NCBI RefSeq assembly: GCF_964204645.1
Contig: NC_134027.1
Span: 17,818,560-17,882,559, forward strand
Length of the DNA: 64,000 nucleotides
Direction: 5' to 3'
From: Tubulanus polymorphus
Taxonomy: Eukaryota; Animalia; Nemertea
Shown: positions 10,896 to 22,262 of the stretch, piece by piece
Position numbering within the stretch: the first letter of the stretch is position 1
Layout of the letters: each line of letters begins with the position of its first letter
Program-made: the position numbers and the translations under genes
Notes under the pieces: generated by a model
What the model saw: only the letters and a program-made list of their open reading frames with translations
Told to the model about the DNA's origin: nothing
The model's database searches: none

Positions 10896-13800
10896 TTAAC
10901 ACGTTAGAATTCTTTTCATTATCTCGTTCTCTTTTGTTTCTTCTCTTTTAAATTTTAAGTATTCATCTAAATTACAACCATAAGCAACTGTATGAATTCC
11001 ATCATCTAAAATATATCGTTTATCATCAAATGGGTTTAGACTTATCTTTTCAATTTCTTCAATAAACATTTCATGATCTTCAGATCTTAAACATCTCATC
11101 TTATGTTTTCTAACTTCTTCATTGAATATACAATTGATGTAATCTTTGAAATGAATATTCTTTTCTACTACACTTTTGGTTATTCCTTTTAACTTTTTAG
11201 CTTCATGTTCTTTAGTTTTATATGAATACATTTTAGATCTAATACCAATGAATTCAATCATTTCTTCACCGCCTAATTCATCTTTGAATTTACCGGGAAC
11301 TTTTTTATTATCATTGCTAAACAATTTATGATCTTTAGGATAATTACTGAAATCAAAATGATGTTTTAATGTTTTTAAATCATTAGTTATGTTATCAGTT
11401 TTTATCTTTAATATGTAACTGTCAGTATCAAAATATAAGATTTCTATATGTTTTTCTCCAAAAAGTGGTTGTAATACATTATAATAGAATTCATACATTA
11501 GTAATTTTGATAATTCTAAAACTGAAGCGCCAACATAGATTGGTTTATCAAATTTCATTGATGTTCTTCTCATTTTAACTGCAGCTAAATTTTCATCAAA
11601 TATTTTGTTACCAATGAACTTAGGATATGTTTGTAAATGTCTAATTCTTTTACCATTACTAACTAACTCAATATCATTTCTATTTCTAATATTTTCACAA
11701 GTCTTACCATAGAATGCGTTATTCATTAACTTGAAGAAATCTTTCTCGAAATCAGTTGTAGCTTCAGTTCTCTGTTTGGTGTTAAAATCTATATATTTTT
11801 CTAACCACTTAGATTGGCTGAATGGAATATATCTATGTACTTTTTTTTAGAACCATTCCTTGATTCAAATAAAACTTTAACATTCTATAATGTACTACAT
11901 AATTATATTTATCTTCTTGAGTTACCATTAACTTTTCTGTATGAATATGATTTTCGGGTTTAATTCTTTTTTTGGTAATTTGATAATTCTTCATGAGTTA
12001 CAGTTTTATGTTCTGGACAGTATGCTAGATTTCTAGATTTAAATTTAATATGTTCAGGATATTCTAAATCTACAACAAAAAAGTAACCAGTATCTGAATC
12101 ATCTGCAATATCTAGAATTCTTTTCTTCCAATCAAATTTGTCATTATTTTCATTCTGTAAAACTTCACTTATTTCAAATACTCCATAAGGTTGTGGTTCC
12201 ATCATTGCCCAACCATACAAATTATTTGCATCTATATATAATAACTTATATCCAGGGTTATCATTTACATTGAAATATCTATCCCCTAATACACCTGAAA
12301 CTCCTCCTCTTATAGATTTTTCAAATAATAGTAATTGATCTATATTTGTTACCAAATCCGTTTTTATATCTGTAAATTTTAATCCACAATCCCATGTTAA
12401 TCCTGGTGATGAATAACAATGACATGGATCAATATTGAAATATTTTAGGTTTACATCTCTAAACCTTTCGAATATATCGGTTAATAATAATACATCTGAT
12501 TTTAGATATAAATCTACTAATTGTCCATGATTTTCTATTTTGAAATGATTCCAAATATTCAATGTTCTATTATATACTTCATCTTTAACATATTCATTTT
12601 TTAATTCATCATAGAATTGTTCTTTCAATAATTCAGTTATATTGAAATCATTATGTGATTTATAAAATGAATATGGAATTGCGCCTTTATATCTCATTAA
12701 TTGGAAATCATCATTATTTGGGTAGTGTTGCTTTAATATTTTTAATTCATCATCAACTAATGATTTTGATAAGTTATCTAATGAACTATTTAAAAATCTA
12801 TATGAATCTATAAATCTTAGGCAACCAAATTGGAATGATATATAATTCTCAGATGTTTTAGCTAACACTCTAAATTTATAAGTTGGTATTTTATCTTTTG
12901 ATCTATTTGAATTTAATCTTTATATTTCATTATTAATTTCTTCTATTTTATGACATAACTGTTTGATGAATAAATGTGCATTATATCCTGATAGATTATG
13001 AAATATAACTGGTACAAAGTTAATTTTCTTAGCTTGTAAGTTACAATTCTCATGTGCAGCGCCTCTAAACTTTCTGTTCAAATGATCATGGTCTCTTACT
13101 TTTTTATCTTTATAATTAAATATCTTTTCACAATAATAACATTTATCTGCAAACTCAAATTCTTTTTTATCTTCTTCTGTCATTATAATTTCTATATTCT
13201 TATTTAACTTTTCATTAAATCTTATTTCATATTCAATTAATAAGTCACAAAAATGATTGATAACATTTTCATTTCTATAATCATAATATTCACTTTCAAT
13301 TAGTTCTGGATAATCAGATTTAATATATAACCCGAAAGCTGCAGCTGATTAATCTTTTTAATAGTATTTGTTTTTGGTGGTTCTTCTGAAAAATCATTTT
13401 CATTAGAATTTAATTTCTTTCTTTTATAATATATTTCTTTTCTATCTTGATCAGTTAATTCTTTATTTAATGATTCAAAATCTCCATATATAACAAATGG
13501 AACTTTATTTTTGTAATCGTATTTTTTGAATTCTAATATTTTATCTTTTTCATTTGGTAAAACTAATTTACAATAATCATGATTTTCACATAATTGTTTA
13601 TGATTTAATAATGTACTTTCATTACTGAATCTATGTAAACATTTTCTACATAGATATATTTTATTATGGTGATCACTTTCTGTTCTAAAGAATAAATCTA
13701 TTTGTTTAATCCACATATAATGATTCTCATAATATAGTATATCTATAACATCGTTTGAATCATAATATTTTGATAGATATAAAGGTTCTAATGTATAATG

Positions 13801-14928
13801 TTTTATGTTGTTACCTTTTGTATTTGGTAATTTGATTAAATCAAATACATTTATTCTTAAATTATTATCTCTTTCTATCTTTGGGATGTTTTTAATTATA
13901 ACAGGATACTTATCTATCTTATAATTATTTTTAAATGGTTTATAATGAGTTAATCTACAAATATTAAAAGTTGCATGATGTAAACAACTAATTATTGCCC
14001 ATAGAAAACATTTATCATCTTCATTTTGTACATTTATAACAGCATTAGTTTTAAATGGTAGTTTAATATAACTCGATGCTTCAATATCTGGTTCTTTATA
14101 ATATGATACATTATTTTCATCAATTGGTTTTGATTTAGTTAACTTATTATATTTTGTGTTATAAACATGTAAAGTCATAAATATTATCTCATCAAATATT
14201 AAACCAGACCCTTCAAAATATTTCTCTTCTATTTTAGTTTTTACTTCATTATAACATTTATCTAATTCATCATCTATATGTTGTTTTGAAATAATATGTT
14301 GTGAATGAGAATTTATATTATATATTGGTTTATCTTCAGATTTTATAAACTTTACTTTAACTGATATACTAATTTTAGGATATTCAACATCAGATATTAT
14401 TTTTATTATTTCTTTCATATTTTCTAAATGTTTTTTATTTTCTTCTAATGTTTTTCCTTTATGAAATTTAAACTCGATAGCTGCTGAGCCAATATCACTT
14501 TTAAATGATTCGGTTATCTCTATATATTTTTTATTATCTAATGAATTAATATATTTTCTTACATCTTCCATGTATGGTCTTTTATTGTTTAATTTATTTC
14601 TTATTCTTTTAATTGTCTTCTGTTTCTTATCATTATCTTTATCAAAATAATCTTCACCTAAAATATCATTATTCTTATTTCTAATATGACTTTTAGATTT
14701 TAAATGTTCATTATAATATCTTTTATCACTGAATGATTGATGACATGTATCACATTTATATGTTTCTTTTTCATTCTTTAATTCATCTAATTTAGTTTCT
14801 AATATATCATCTTTATATTCTAGTTTCAATTTATTCTCTAAATGTGTTTTAGTTTTATTGTGTCTTGCTTTTTGGGATTTATCTATATTGATATTACATG
14901 TTGGACAGTAGTACTTATTTGCTTCCAT
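10896..14928 (-). pseudogene. polB: Protein-primed family B DNA polymerase, intein-free, disrupted
   Basis: Fragments 13300-14928, 12920-13183, 11960-12868 and 10896-11726 carry N-terminal Zn fingers, a DKCFLW...HYMWIK OTU-like dyad, ExoI YGDFES, an endonuclease VII-like VRDHDH..RGAAH..CNL insert, FHNLSGY, motif A YIDANNLYG, motif B KLMNNAFYGK and motif C YFDTDS. Confidence 0.95.
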
Positions 14929-15176
14929 TTTAATACTAAATTTTTTTTAAAATTGATTTTAGAAGTTCAATGATTTATATATGCATTATTTCAATCACAC
15001 TTTACTAACACTTTTAATTTTTAAAAATCTAACTCACACAAATATGAATATTGAAATAATGTTGTAAATATATCTATATATCTATTCTATAAGAGCTCAC
15101 ACTTTTATATTGAATAATCTGTCAATTTAAATGTTATTCATTTATATTCTATGCATGTATATGTGAATATTTTAAG

Positions 15177-15360
15177 AGTAATAGGGCTAATAGGCTTTCA
15201 GGTTAAAGGTTGAAGGGGCGAGTGAGTTAAAAATTAAAATAATAATAATTTACAGTTGAGTTAGGAGTGTGCGCGACTAATTCAACTGTAAATTATTGTT
15301 ATTTTCATTTTTTACGAGCTCGACCGTTCGACCTTTGATCTGAAAGTTATCCCTATTGCT
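15177..15360. repeat. 184-bp imperfect palindrome bounded by Polinton TIR-like sequences
   Basis: AGTAATAGGG...CTTTCAGGTTAAAGGTTGAA at the left end and its near reverse complement TTCGACCTTTGATCTGAAAG...CCCTATTGCT at the right. Inner stem AATAATTTACAGTTGAGTTAG / CTAATTCAACTGTAAATTATT. Confidence 0.85.
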
Positions 15361-16289
15361 TTTAAAATCCTCCTTTCCCCCACAGCGAACGCTTACTCCG
15401 AATGTCAAGTGTGAGTCCAGCATACGGATAGGAGTGTGTTATATACTTGTATTTAGTAAATACCTTGTGGATTTGACAATGATCGGTATGTACTGTAGGA
15501 AATATAGAGTATTGATGGTATTGATATAGAGGTTGAAGCCCGCGGCCGAATAAAGTAATATATTCTTTTATTTTGATACCTCGTCGATATAACAGCTTTT
15601 CTCCGCTATATCTCTTCGGCGTGTTTAGTTTAGGCCTACGATTCCTCGGTACACTAAAGATTTATCTTAGTAAATACACGGTTAATTCGGTAAAGAAAAA
15701 TAGGTATTGTTAAACTAACTCCTTGAAACCCGCAGCCAAATCACTGTTAGTAATAAATTAATTTGTACTCGATTTGATTCTCATGATGAGGAGAAACTCG
15801 CAGCTGATCCCCGGAACGACGATGTAGTAACACACGTCGATTCGTCGATGTTTACGGCTCGACAGTGCTTTTAAAATCTAAAGTAGTAAATTTCCAGTGT
15901 ATCGGTAATATGATTTGATAAGGAAAATGGACTATTTTTAAAATCACTCTTTGAAGACAGCGGCTGAATGTGAAGTCTGCGGCAATAAATTAGTTCATTT
16001 ATACTTGAATTGATAATCGACGTGACAATCGGCCTGCGGGTTGATTTCGGGATGACGACTCGAAAACATGTCGCCCCATTGAATGGGGCTAAATTTTCGA
16101 TGTTTACGGCCCGACAGTGCTTTTGTAACGATGATTCGTGAAAAAACACGCGGAGTATTTGTAGATCTCAGTGAGCTGAACGATATCATACGGATTGTAT
16201 CGACAAAAGCGGCAATGTAACAAAGTCTTAGTTCTTTTAGTGAAAATAGTGTGACATAAAATAATAAATATAGCTGCAAAGTAGCGATA

Positions 16290-16560
16290 ACGGGTTTTCT
16301 GCACAGTCTTAGAATCCTGTTCAACGGTGGATTTCAACAAAGCATTTGATAAGGCTCAACATCAGCCATTACTAAAGAGGCTATTAGGAAACAGTATCAA
16401 TGATAGGTCGCCCAAATGGCTCAGCAGTTATCTCTGAACGGAAACTTGTAACCGAAATCAACGGGATGCCTCATCTTGGAATGAGACGGTCTAACTAGTG
16501 GAGTCACGCAATGTAGTATTCTAAGTCGTCTTCTGTTTAATGTCCTGACAAATGACATAC
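16290..16560 (+). pseudogene. Degenerate non-LTR (CR1/L2/Jockey-type) reverse transcriptase fragment; copies near 36180, 39510, 43660, 47680, 52175 and 57530
   Basis: Across stops and frameshifts it reads VDFNKAFDK..H..LL.RL...KWLSSYL and, in the best-preserved copies, TSGVTQGSILS.LLFN...NDI. This matches the LINE RT DF.KAFD and GVPQGS.L.PLLF motifs. Confidence 0.8.
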
Positions 16561-16654
16561 ACAGTAATCCAAAATATACCAGACCGAGTAAATTTCCAAA
16601 ACGACCTTAACACGTTGTTCGACCAAAAAACTTAATGTTCCGACAAAACCACGG

Positions 16655-16943
16655 GGACAAAACCAAAATTATGAATTGTCGCGGGTGACAAAACCAAAAT
16701 ATTGAATTGTCACGGGCGACAAAACAAAAATAATGAATTGTCGCGGGCGATAAAACCAAAATAATGAATTGTCGCGGGCGATAAAACCACATTAATGAAT
16801 TGTCGCGGCCGTTAAAACCAAAATATTGAATTGTTGCGGCGATAAAACCAAAATAATGAATTGTCGCGGACGACAAAAACAAAATATTGAATTGTTGCGT
16901 GCGACAAAACCAGAATAATGAATTGTCGCGGGCGACAAAACCA
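16655..16943. repeat. 31-bp satellite array
   Basis: Tandem AAAACCAAAATA(A/T)TGAATTGTCGCGGGCGA(C/T). Confidence 0.95.
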
Positions 16944-18357
16944 AACTAGGGGTCCAGGGACACCATGCTCACTTGGGAAGTGGTTTCAAATGCTCAACAA
17001 TATAACAATTTCAATACATAACGCCCTCTAGTGACCATATACAAAAACCAATGACCTTGAAACCCACCACAATCATAGAACATGTGAGCAGCTATGATTT
17101 TGTAATTGATTGTGATAACAAAATATACCTCGTTACCAATTTGATATGGACATACTAACTTATTCTACTATTCAACGCCCCCTTGTGACCATATGCAAAA
17201 CCCAATGACCTTAAAACTCACCACAATCGTAGTACATGTCATGAAATACAACTTTGCAATTGATCGTAGTAACAAAATGTGCCTAGGTTCCAATCTAATA
17301 AGGAAATACTAAGCCATTCTACTATTCAACGCCCCCTGGTGACTATATGGAATAACTAATGTCCTTAAGAACTCATCACAATCATAGACGATGTCATGAA
17401 CTACAACTTTGCAATTGATTATGGTAACAAACTATGCCTAGGTACCAATCTAATAAGAAAAAACTAAGCTTTTCTACTATTCAACGCCCCCTGGTGACTA
17501 TATGGAATAACTAATGTCCTTAAAAACTCACGACAATTGTAGACGATGTCATGAACTACAACTTTGCAATTGATCATGGTAACAAAATATGCCTTGGTAC
17601 AAATATAATATAGCAATACTAAGTTATTGTATTATTCAACGCCCCCTGATGGCCACATACAAAAACCAATGACCTTGAAACTCACCAAAATCATAGAACA
17701 CGTTATGGGCTACAACTTTCCAATTGAATATAGTAACACAATATGCTTAGGTATCAATTTAATGTGGAAAAACTTTTTCCCACCTACGAATGAGTACTGA
17801 TGACACCAAGATGGCCGCCAATTGCGTCATAATTGGCTGATCAAAAATACCTGTCCCAGGTATAAAACATCCCTCTCTAAAGAATACCCATTAGCAATTG
17901 CAATGAGAAATTGCAAACCAGTAGGAAGCTACAGGACCTAGAATTCTGGCCAAAATTGACATTTTTGGGCACTAAAAAGGTCATAGGACGGCCATCTTGA
18001 GTCAGATCGACCCAATTTTCTTATGCTCATGGGCCTTCGGTAGATTCAAATATAAACGAAAGATCAAGGTAATTGATCAAAGCGTCTTCAAAATTTCCCA
18101 CGAAAACTTCAAAAATGTTTAAAAAGTGCTGATTTTGGCGAACAACAATGGCTGCCAGTCGGCCATCTTGAATCTGACAGGGCCAGTTTTTGGGCTGACG
18201 ATGTGTCTAGGGTAGATACATGTATAAACCAAATATCAAGACATTACCTTGAAGCGTCTTCAAAACTGGATTCCGTCTATGGACGGACGGACGAACGGAC
18301 GGACGAAAAGTGAACGCAATAGCCCACTGGGACTATAGTCCCAAGTGGGCTGAAAAA
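16944..18357. mobile_element. Helentron-associated non-autonomous element (HINE/DINE-1/pearl-like)
   Basis: Starts AACTAGGGG and holds about 5 tandem units of about 154 bp, a (GGAC)n microsatellite, a terminal hairpin AGCCCACTGGGACT-AT-AGTCCCAAGTGGGCT and an A run. Confidence 0.75.
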
Positions 18358-18975
18358 GAATTGTCGCGAGCGACAAAACCAAACTAATGAATTGTCGCGG
18401 GTGATAAAACCAAAATATTGAATTGTCGCGGGCGACAAAACGAAACTAATAAATTGTCGCGGGCGATAAAACCAAACTAATGAATTGTCGCGGGCGATAA
18501 AACAAAAATATTGAATTGTCGCGGGCGATAAAACCAAAATAATGAATTGTTGCGGGCGATAAAACCAAAAAAAGAATTGTCGGGGCGACAAAACCAAAAT
18601 AATGAATTGTTGCGGGCGATAAAACCAAAATGGTGAATTGTCGCGGGCGACAAAACCAAAATAAGGAATTGTCGCGGGCGATAAAACCAAAATATTGAAT
18701 TGTCGCGGGCGATAAAACCAAAATAATGAATTGTCGCGGGCGATAAAACCAAAATATTGATTGAATTGTCGCGGGCGACAAAACCAAAAAAAAAATTGTG
18801 AGGTTGACAAAACCAAAATAATGAATTGTCGCGGGCGATTAAACCAAAATAATGAATTGTCGCGGGCGACGAAACCAAAAAAAGAATTGTCGGGGTGACA
18901 AAACCAAAACAATGAATTGTCGCTGGCGATAAAACCAAAGTAATGAATTGTCGTGGGCGATAAAACCAAAATATT
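18357..18975. repeat. 31-bp satellite array (left flank of element B)
   Basis: Tandem units; the interrupted unit resumes at 34977. Confidence 0.95.
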
Positions 18976-19060
18976 AGTAATAGGGAAAGTGGGCTTTCAG
19001 ATCAGAGGTCGAAGGTCGACCACTCATCACCACAAGTAATTTTTTTTCCTAATAAATGGG
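18976..19060 (+). repeat. Left TIR of element B
   Basis: Reverse complement of 34892-34976 with one mismatch. Confidence 0.97.
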
Positions 19061-19382
19061 AGATAGAAAAGCATTCTTATCAACAATAAATAACAGAATA
19101 AAACCAGCAAAAAAACAATTTGAAATAAAAAAGTTAATTGATGTTACAAAAGAAATTGAACATAAAATATTGAAATTAGAAAAGATAAAAACTTAATATG
19201 GAGAGAAAGTATCAGCGAATTTAAGCTACTGTAATGTTAGTACATCGCGAGAATTTTAAGTATTTTTACCTGATAAATGGGTTTCATTGAGTACAGAGGA
19301 ATTAAAAGATTTAGAAGGATTTAAAATAATATATCATGGGAAAAATGAAGACGGTCATCATGATTTAGAAATTGTTGATTAA
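19056..19382 (+). pseudogene. Homolog of the 10513-10866 protein, two in-frame TAA stops (absent from ORF track)
   Basis: Hand translation MGDRKAFL...KT*YGEKVSANL...F*VFLPDKWVSLSTEELKDL..IIYHGKNEDGHHDLEIVD aligns with YGDKLVIHL...YLPDRFHRLSSEDLEEL..VYKGKNEKGHHEIDFE. Confidence 0.8.
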
Positions 19383-20457
19383 ATAAAAAATAAAAATAAT
19401 GATTATCTAGAATCCAAAATGACCTTAGTCGTTTTACGAACAACTACAATCATACAGCCAAACATCTGTTACATGTTATTATAAGAGAGTGCTTCATTTG
19501 AATATCGATCAAACAGGTGTTGCACAACGTTGTTGTTATATTGGATAGCTAGCAGCAGTTATATAATAAGCACGCAATACATACAACACACACAGGACAG
19601 GATACATTCTCTCTATCGTGATTAAAAGGAATATTTCAGTGCTTTTAAGGTAAGTTTTAGCAAAACCACCCGACTGGACTCGCAGAGTTTTTAGGGGATA
19701 AGCATCCCGTTATTGAGAGGCGCCACGATATACCTATCCCCAAGCATTTCTACTTACACCCCTGTGACCCACACCTCACCAATTCTCCTTCAATGGTTGA
19801 CAGGAAACACATTATATTAAAGGCGCCTAATGCATTTCCTATCAACCCCTTACCCCCGAAAGGAGGATCGAAAGTCGAAACTGATGGAGAACCACGGAGG
19901 GTGGACAAAGGTGCATTTTCGAAATGCCCCTGCAAGCCAAGCCCGGCGACACTCCTGTGGTCGAATGAATTGCCTTATATACTTAGCTAAAACACCTAAG
20001 TAAATGTTGTTGGTGTTTACTAAAGAAATATGTGAAATTTGAAATTATAAATTATTCTGAATGAAAAGAATATAGGAAGGAAAACAGATGAATGAATTAT
20101 GGATTTTTAACTTAATTATGATATAATTTTTAATCAAATTAGTAATCAATTACCATGTTAATTGATTAACAAATTCAAATTCAAATTCAAATATTCATTT
20201 TAGCATCACACCCCACCCAGTGCTGCCATCTTTCAATTTAAGAAAAAACTAGTAATAAGAAACGACTGTAATACAATATTCAATAATACAATAAGTAATA
20301 CAATAAGTAAAAACTTCAAATTAAAAAAACAAAACAAATTAATAAAAATAATGAATATCTAGAATCCGAAATGACTTATCTGGACAATTTAATTGCTCCG
20401 CATAGATAGACAAAAGTAGTGAGATATTCAATTATTTTTTTGCTTTTTTCTAAAATA

Positions 20458-20814
20458 TTAATCCATTTTTTTAATTATCAATTTTGGAATTTCAGAAGTA
20501 TTTTCATTTTTGATAGCAGTTGTTTCAGAATTATAAATATCATGAATTTTATTTGATTTCTTATACCAATTACACCCGCTCAAAATGAATACAATTACAA
20601 ATCCAACTGTAAAATATAGACATTTATCAAATATTCTATTATTAGAAGGAGTAGAAATAACAATATTTTCACCATTTTTATTACTTATTTTTTCTTTTAC
20701 AGCTTTTTTGTATTCTTGTGATTTAATTCCTTATTGCCGAGACCATTCAATTTGTTTCTGAGTTCTCGGTTTTTTCTTCACAGTTAATTCCTTCACTTCT
20801 TCCACCTCGCTCAT
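20458..20814 (-). pseudogene. Small single-pass membrane protein, one in-frame stop (absent from ORF track)
   Basis: TAAATG start; MSEVEEVKELTVKKKPRTQKQIEWSRQ*GIKSQ...CLYFTVGFVIVFILSGCNW...KKMD*; 119 codons. Confidence 0.65.
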
Positions 20815-21352
20815 TTATTATAGAAAAATTTTTACTTTCAATATTTGAAAATGTTATAACTCCAGTTGATAATAATGTCATAAATCCGCCTAATTGAAAT
20901 GATAAATATCCAATCCATTTATTTAATTCAGTCATAACTAAATAATCATTTTTTAAATTGGAATATAATCTATTTTCATCCTCAATTGGTAGTATATAAT
21001 TACATAATTTACTATAACCTTTTACTACATTTTCTGATATCGCGTCATTAATTCTAGCTGTTCTCGCGGTTTCATAAATCTTAAATAATCTAATAATTTC
21101 ATCTGATTTCATTGTATCTAATTCATTATAAGTTAAATTTTTACCGATAAAATTTTTACATTTTCCAGATGCTATTAATATTTATAATTGATGTTTACAA
21201 TAAAGATAATATTCATAATTATTATTTGTTGTAACATTATTTAAACCACCATCATCTGGAGTTAATTTTGTTTCTGTTATTCCTAAATCATCTAAAGTTT
21301 TTTCAATTGGAACATCACCATTTTTAGATTTTATTTTCTTTTCACCTCCCAT
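20747..21352 (-). pseudogene. Hypothetical viral protein with hydrophobic C-terminus, disrupted near 21190
   Basis: TAAATG start at 21352 (MGGEKKIK). The frame upstream of ORF 20747-21112 continues LIASGKCKNFIGKNLTYNELDT. Confidence 0.6.
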
Positions 21353-21365
21353 TTATATAACAAAC

Positions 21366-21657
21366 AAATTAGTTGTGTTGTTGCAACTAGTATTCAACTA
21401 GAATGTAACTAGAATTCAACTAGATTAACAAGCTAGTTGAAATATTGTTGTTTTTATTTATTTCTTGTTAAATCTAGTTGATTTTTGTTCCAACTACCAA
21501 TAACTAGAATTCAACTAGAATGTAACTAAAATATATTATATTAACAAGCTAGTTAAAATATTGTTGAATTTTATTTGATTTTTGTTTCAACTACTAACAA
21601 CTAGAATTCAACTAGAATGTAACTAGAATTCAACTAGATTAACAAGCTAGTTGAATT
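21366..21657. repeat. Intergenic AACTAG-rich repeat cluster in element B
   Basis: Multiple CAACTAGAATGTAACTAGAATTCAACTAG and AACAAGCTAGTT blocks. Confidence 0.8.
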
Positions 21658-22262
21658 TAAATAAATTCATATTTAAATGGGTGTTGTAATCTAAATAGTA
21701 ATTTTGATCTTTTATTATTTTTCAATTTATCCATATATTCATTGTGTAAATCATGCGGAATAATATCATTTTCCTCAAGCGCATTTTTCATAGATTTTCT
21801 ATCTTTATTGTAGAATAAAACTAAAAATCTAATGTTTTCTCTAAAATCATTAATTGAATTATATTTTTGATTTAAAACCCATGTTCTTATCCCGAAATGT
21901 CTACAAGAAAAAGCTAAATAACATAACTCACTCTCTCTAATTTTTTAATCATGTAAATTTGCACAATCATCTATGATAGATAATGTATTTGATCCTTTAT
22001 AAATATCAATTGCTATTTTTATACAATTATCTAAATTTTCTTTTACTGTTTTATGATCTAATATAATAAATTTATTATTTCTAGTAATATTTCTATCATA
22101 AGTTTGATTAAATTCATATGTTGGACAAAATAATACTATATTATCAAAATAGTTTTTATAAACAGTTTCTAATAAATTTAATATAAAATAAGTTTTTCCA
22201 CAATTTGTTACGCCAGAAATTAACATATTATGAGGCTCAAATATAAATAATTCCTTATTCAT
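21657..22262 (-). pseudogene. A32/FtsK-like genome packaging ATPase, one premature stop
   Basis: Walker A GVTNCGKT and Walker B IIDD. After TAA at 21945 the same frame continues LAFSCRHFGIRTWVLNQ...FREN to a stop at 21657. Confidence 0.9.

Larger units (their letters stand above)
10178..15360 (-). mobile_element. Polinton/Maverick (adintovirus-like) element A, truncated
   Basis: pPolB pseudogene, small conserved ORF and 5' part of penton. A TIR-like terminus (CCCTATTGCT) at 15360 resembles the element B TIR. The left part is deleted. Confidence 0.88.

Noticed and set aside
15780-15830. Possible hammerhead at ATGATGAGGAGAAAC (repeated in several modules)
   Set aside because: It lacks the CUGA core and has no room for stem II.
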